Source of the DNA: Vicinamibacterales bacterium
GTDB taxonomy: Bacteria > Acidobacteriota > Vicinamibacteria > Vicinamibacterales > CAVVIG01
DNA: 64,000 nt
Assembly (NCBI GenBank): GCA_035537875.1
Contig: DATLLJ010000043.1
Coordinates: 28,161-92,160, forward strand
Reading direction: 5' to 3'
Position 1 is the first letter of the stretch. The number at the start of each line of letters is the position of its first letter. The notes beneath the pieces were generated by a model. It was not told the DNA's origin. It made no database searches and saw only the letters and a program-made list of their open reading frames with translations. A program made the translations under genes and the position numbers. This document shows, piece after piece, positions 61,738 to 64,000 of this stretch.

Positions 61738-62904
61738 ATGCTGATTCCGCTGCTGACCGAATACGAGAAAGCGAACATCGGCGAGCGACAGCCGCTCCCC
61801 GACAGGTATCTCGGCCTGTCGGATCAGGAAATGGACGAGCGGATCGCCGCCGCGAGGGCACAGCTCGGCCGTCGACTCGTCATCCTCGGTCACCACTATC
61901 AGCGCGACGAGGTGATGAAGTTCGCCGACTATACCGGAGACTCGTTCAAGCTGGCGCGGCATGTCAGCGAGCGGCCCGAAGCCGAATTCATCGTCTTCTG
62001 CGGCGTGCATTTCATGGCCGAAAGCGCCGACGTGCTGTGTGCTCCACATCAGCAGGTGATCCTGCCGGATCTCGCGGCTGGCTGCTCGATGGCGGATATG
62101 GCGGCGCCCGATCAGCTTGACATGTGCTGGAGTGACCTCCAGCAGATGGGTCTTCTCAAGGGAGGCACCGTTCCGGGCCAGAGCGATCCGGGCGTGGTTC
62201 CGGTTACCTACATCAACTCGGCTGCTTCCATCAAAGCGTTCTGCGGGGAGCGCGGCGGCGTTGTCTGCACTTCGTCGAATGCTGCGGCGACGCTCAAGTG
62301 GGCCTGGCAGCGGGCGGAGCGTGTCCTCTTCCTCCCCGATCAGCATCTCGGTCGAAACACGGCGTTCAAGCTCGGCGTCCCGCTGGACCAGATGGTGGTC
62401 TGGGATCCGAACGAAATCTGGGGTGGACTCGAACCGGACGTGGTCAACCGGGCGAGGATCGTGCTGTGGAAAGGTCACTGCTCGGTCCATACGCGCTTCA
62501 CCGTCCGCCAGATCGAGAACCTTCGCGCGCAGCATCCCGGCATTCGCGTGATCGTTCATCCCGAGGTTCCATGGGAGGTCGTGCAGGCGGCGGACGATTC
62601 GGGCTCGACCGAATACATCATCAAGACGGTCACGCAGAGCCCGGTGGGTTCGGTCTGGGCGGTCGGCACGGAAATCCATCTCGTCAACCGGCTTGCTCGG
62701 CAGGTGGCACCGGAACGTACCGTCCTGTCGCTCGATCAGTTCGGCTGCCTGTGCTCGACGATGTTCCGCGTGTCCCCCAATCACCTCCTCTGGATTCTCG
62801 AAGGGCTCGTCGAGGGACAGGTGCACAACCGCGTGGTCGTTCCAGAGGACCAGAAGCACTGGACGAAAGTGGCGCTCGACCGGATGCTCTCGATCCACGA
62901 CTAA
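61738..62904 (+). CDS. nadA: quinolinate synthase
   Basis: 388 aa. [44 protein letters not shown]. Confidence 0.9.
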   Translation: MLIPLLTEYEKANIGERQPLPDRYLGLSDQEMDERIAAARAQLGRRLVILGHHYQRDEVMKFADYTGDSFKLARHVSERPEAEFIVFCGVHFMAESADVLCAPHQQVILPDLAAGCSMADMAAPDQLDMCWSDLQQMGLLKGGTVPGQSDPGVVPVTYINSAASIKAFCGERGGVVCTSSNAAATLKWAWQRAERVLFLPDQHLGRNTAFKLGVPLDQMVVWDPNEIWGGLEPDVVNRARIVLWKGHCSVHTRFTVRQIENLRAQHPGIRVIVHPEVPWEVVQAADDSGSTEYIIKTVTQSPVGSVWAVGTEIHLVNRLARQVAPERTVLSLDQFGCLCSTMFRVSPNHLLWILEGLVEGQVHNRVVVPEDQKHWTKVALDRMLSIHD

Positions 62905-63046
62905 GGCCGAGGCGGCTGTCGCCGCCTTGCGCCCCGTCGCGCCCGGAAGTACGATCCTCCGCTTGCGGATCGCCGACCAGACCGGCGATTCTTCGACCTC
63001 GCTCAGGATCGGCTTGAGCAGGTCCAGACGACAAGGAGGACGCCCG

Positions 63047-63646
63047 ATGGCCCACTCGCTCCCCGCTCTCCCCTATCCATCAGATGCGCTCGAACCTCAC
63101 GTCGATAAGCAGACGATGGAGATCCACCATGGGAAGCATCACAACGCGTACGTGACCAATCTCAACGCTGCGCTGGAGAAGCACCCCGAACTGCAATCGA
63201 AGAGCCTCGAGGATTTGTTGAAGGGGCTCAGCAGTGTTCCCGAGGACATCCGGACAGCGGTCCGCAACAACGGTGGCGGCCATTGGAACCATTCGATGTT
63301 CTGGCAAATCATGGGCCCCCAGGCTGGAGGGCCGCCGAGCGGCGCGATCGCCGACGCGATCACGTCCGCGTTCGGCAGCTTCGACAAGCTCAAAGAGGAG
63401 TTCAAGAAAGCGGCCGTGGGGCGGTTTGGCAGCGGCTGGGCCTGGGTTGTCAGCAGCGGCAACAAACTGACGATCGAGAGCACGCCGAACCAGGACACTC
63501 CGGTCATGGAGGGCAAGAAGGCAGTGTTCGGCATCGACGTCTGGGAGCATGCCTATTACCTGAAGTATCAGAACCGCCGGCCCGACTACGTTGACGCGTG
63601 GTGGAACGTCGTGAACTGGGCCGAGATCAACAAGCGACTGCGGTAA
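63047..63646 (+). CDS. sodA: Fe/Mn superoxide dismutase
   Basis: [33 protein letters not shown]. Start trimmed to ATG 63047, preceded by AAGGAGGA. Confidence 0.9.
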   Translation: MAHSLPALPYPSDALEPHVDKQTMEIHHGKHHNAYVTNLNAALEKHPELQSKSLEDLLKGLSSVPEDIRTAVRNNGGGHWNHSMFWQIMGPQAGGPPSGAIADAITSAFGSFDKLKEEFKKAAVGRFGSGWAWVVSSGNKLTIESTPNQDTPVMEGKKAVFGIDVWEHAYYLKYQNRRPDYVDAWWNVVNWAEINKRLR

Positions 63647-63675
63647 CCAGAGAGCGGGAGAAGCAGGAGTCTGGC

Positions 63676-64000
63676 GTGGTTCTGTTCCTGTTTCTCGCGC
63701 ATCTCGGCGTCGGTATCGCGCTCACGCTCGTGTTCGTGTCGCGCGAGGCGGGCGTGAAGTTCTTCAGGTTCAACGCGGGCCTGGCCGCCATTCTCATCGC
63801 GATTGCGCTGGCGTTTCGCTCTCAAGAGCCAGGCGACCCGGCGCTCGTCGCGCTCGTCGTTTCCGAGGCGGCCCTCGTTCTGTACTGGGCGTCGATCGGC
63901 CGCATGCTCACTCGGGTCCGGCCTGCGATCGTCACGTTTGGCGTGGGAGCAGGCGTCGTGGCCCTCGTCCTCCAGGCGCTCGCCGTGAGCGAAGGAGGTT
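63676..64000 (+). CDS. partial integral membrane protein (runs off the window end)
   Basis: Open frame from GTG 63676 (VVLFLFLAHLGVGIALTLVFV...) to the window edge. Hydrophobic helices, a GGAGAAGCAGGAG purine tract upstream, high third-position GC. It is absent from the ORF track because it has no stop. Confidence 0.4.
   Translation, partial: MVLFLFLAHLGVGIALTLVFVSREAGVKFFRFNAGLAAILIAIALAFRSQEPGDPALVALVVSEAALVLYWASIGRMLTRVRPAIVTFGVGAGVVALVLQALAVSEGG

Noticed and set aside
1-64000. Screen for mobile elements, prophage, defence islands, and rRNA/tRNA genes.
   Set aside because: I recognised no integrase, transposase, recombinase, phage structural, restriction/Cas/abortive-infection signatures or cloverleaf-like sequences. 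By eye there is no obvious compositional break along the window. This is a by-eye screen, so small ncRNAs could be missed.

Overview
High-GC (about two-thirds G+C) bacterial chromosomal segment. It is densely coding, and I recognised no rRNA, tRNA, CRISPR array, transposase or integrase. Most long antisense or alternate-frame ORFs in the track are high-GC artefacts. Content in order: pxpA, an MFS transporter, a cytochrome c'-like gene and an acyl-CoA ligase. An arginine regulon follows: argC-argB-argD-GNAT-argJ-argF on the minus strand, diverging from argR-argG-like-argH across an AT-rich operator. Next come fabI, an FNR-like reductase, an HD-GYP/GAF/GGDEF protein, a sigma-54 activator, a deoxyhypusine-synthase-like gene, nagA, queC/queD and a HAD phosphatase. 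A gas-vesicle locus spans 25.3-33.4 kb. After it are DtxR, ubiE/menG, a degenerate PilT-like ATPase, an FGE-like enzyme, AlkA and an ICMT-family gene. A sulfur block runs cysM-mec(JAMM)-cysO::moeZ fusion-iscR-iscS-iscU-iscA-hscB-hscA-fdx-iscX. The rest is a MacAB-like exporter, futalosine-pathway genes (mqnD-like, mqnE/C-like), a cobalamin-riboswitch-led btu operon with two DUF71 paralogs, yjbQ, nadA and sodA. The most interesting signals are: (1) a non-canonical gvp cluster with no gvpN/O/C in the window, carrying an internal histidine kinase/receiver pair and a tandem Get3/ArsA-type ATPase; (2) a family of intergenic hairpin elements whose arms are tandem 7-8 nt units, occupying successive spacers of the isc operon and flanking the B12 operon; (3) a CysO sulfur carrier fused in-frame to its MoeZ activating enzyme, next to a JAMM peptidase; (4) an argG-position gene with eroded argininosuccinate synthase signatures. 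All functional calls rest on by-eye motif recognition. No database search was run.
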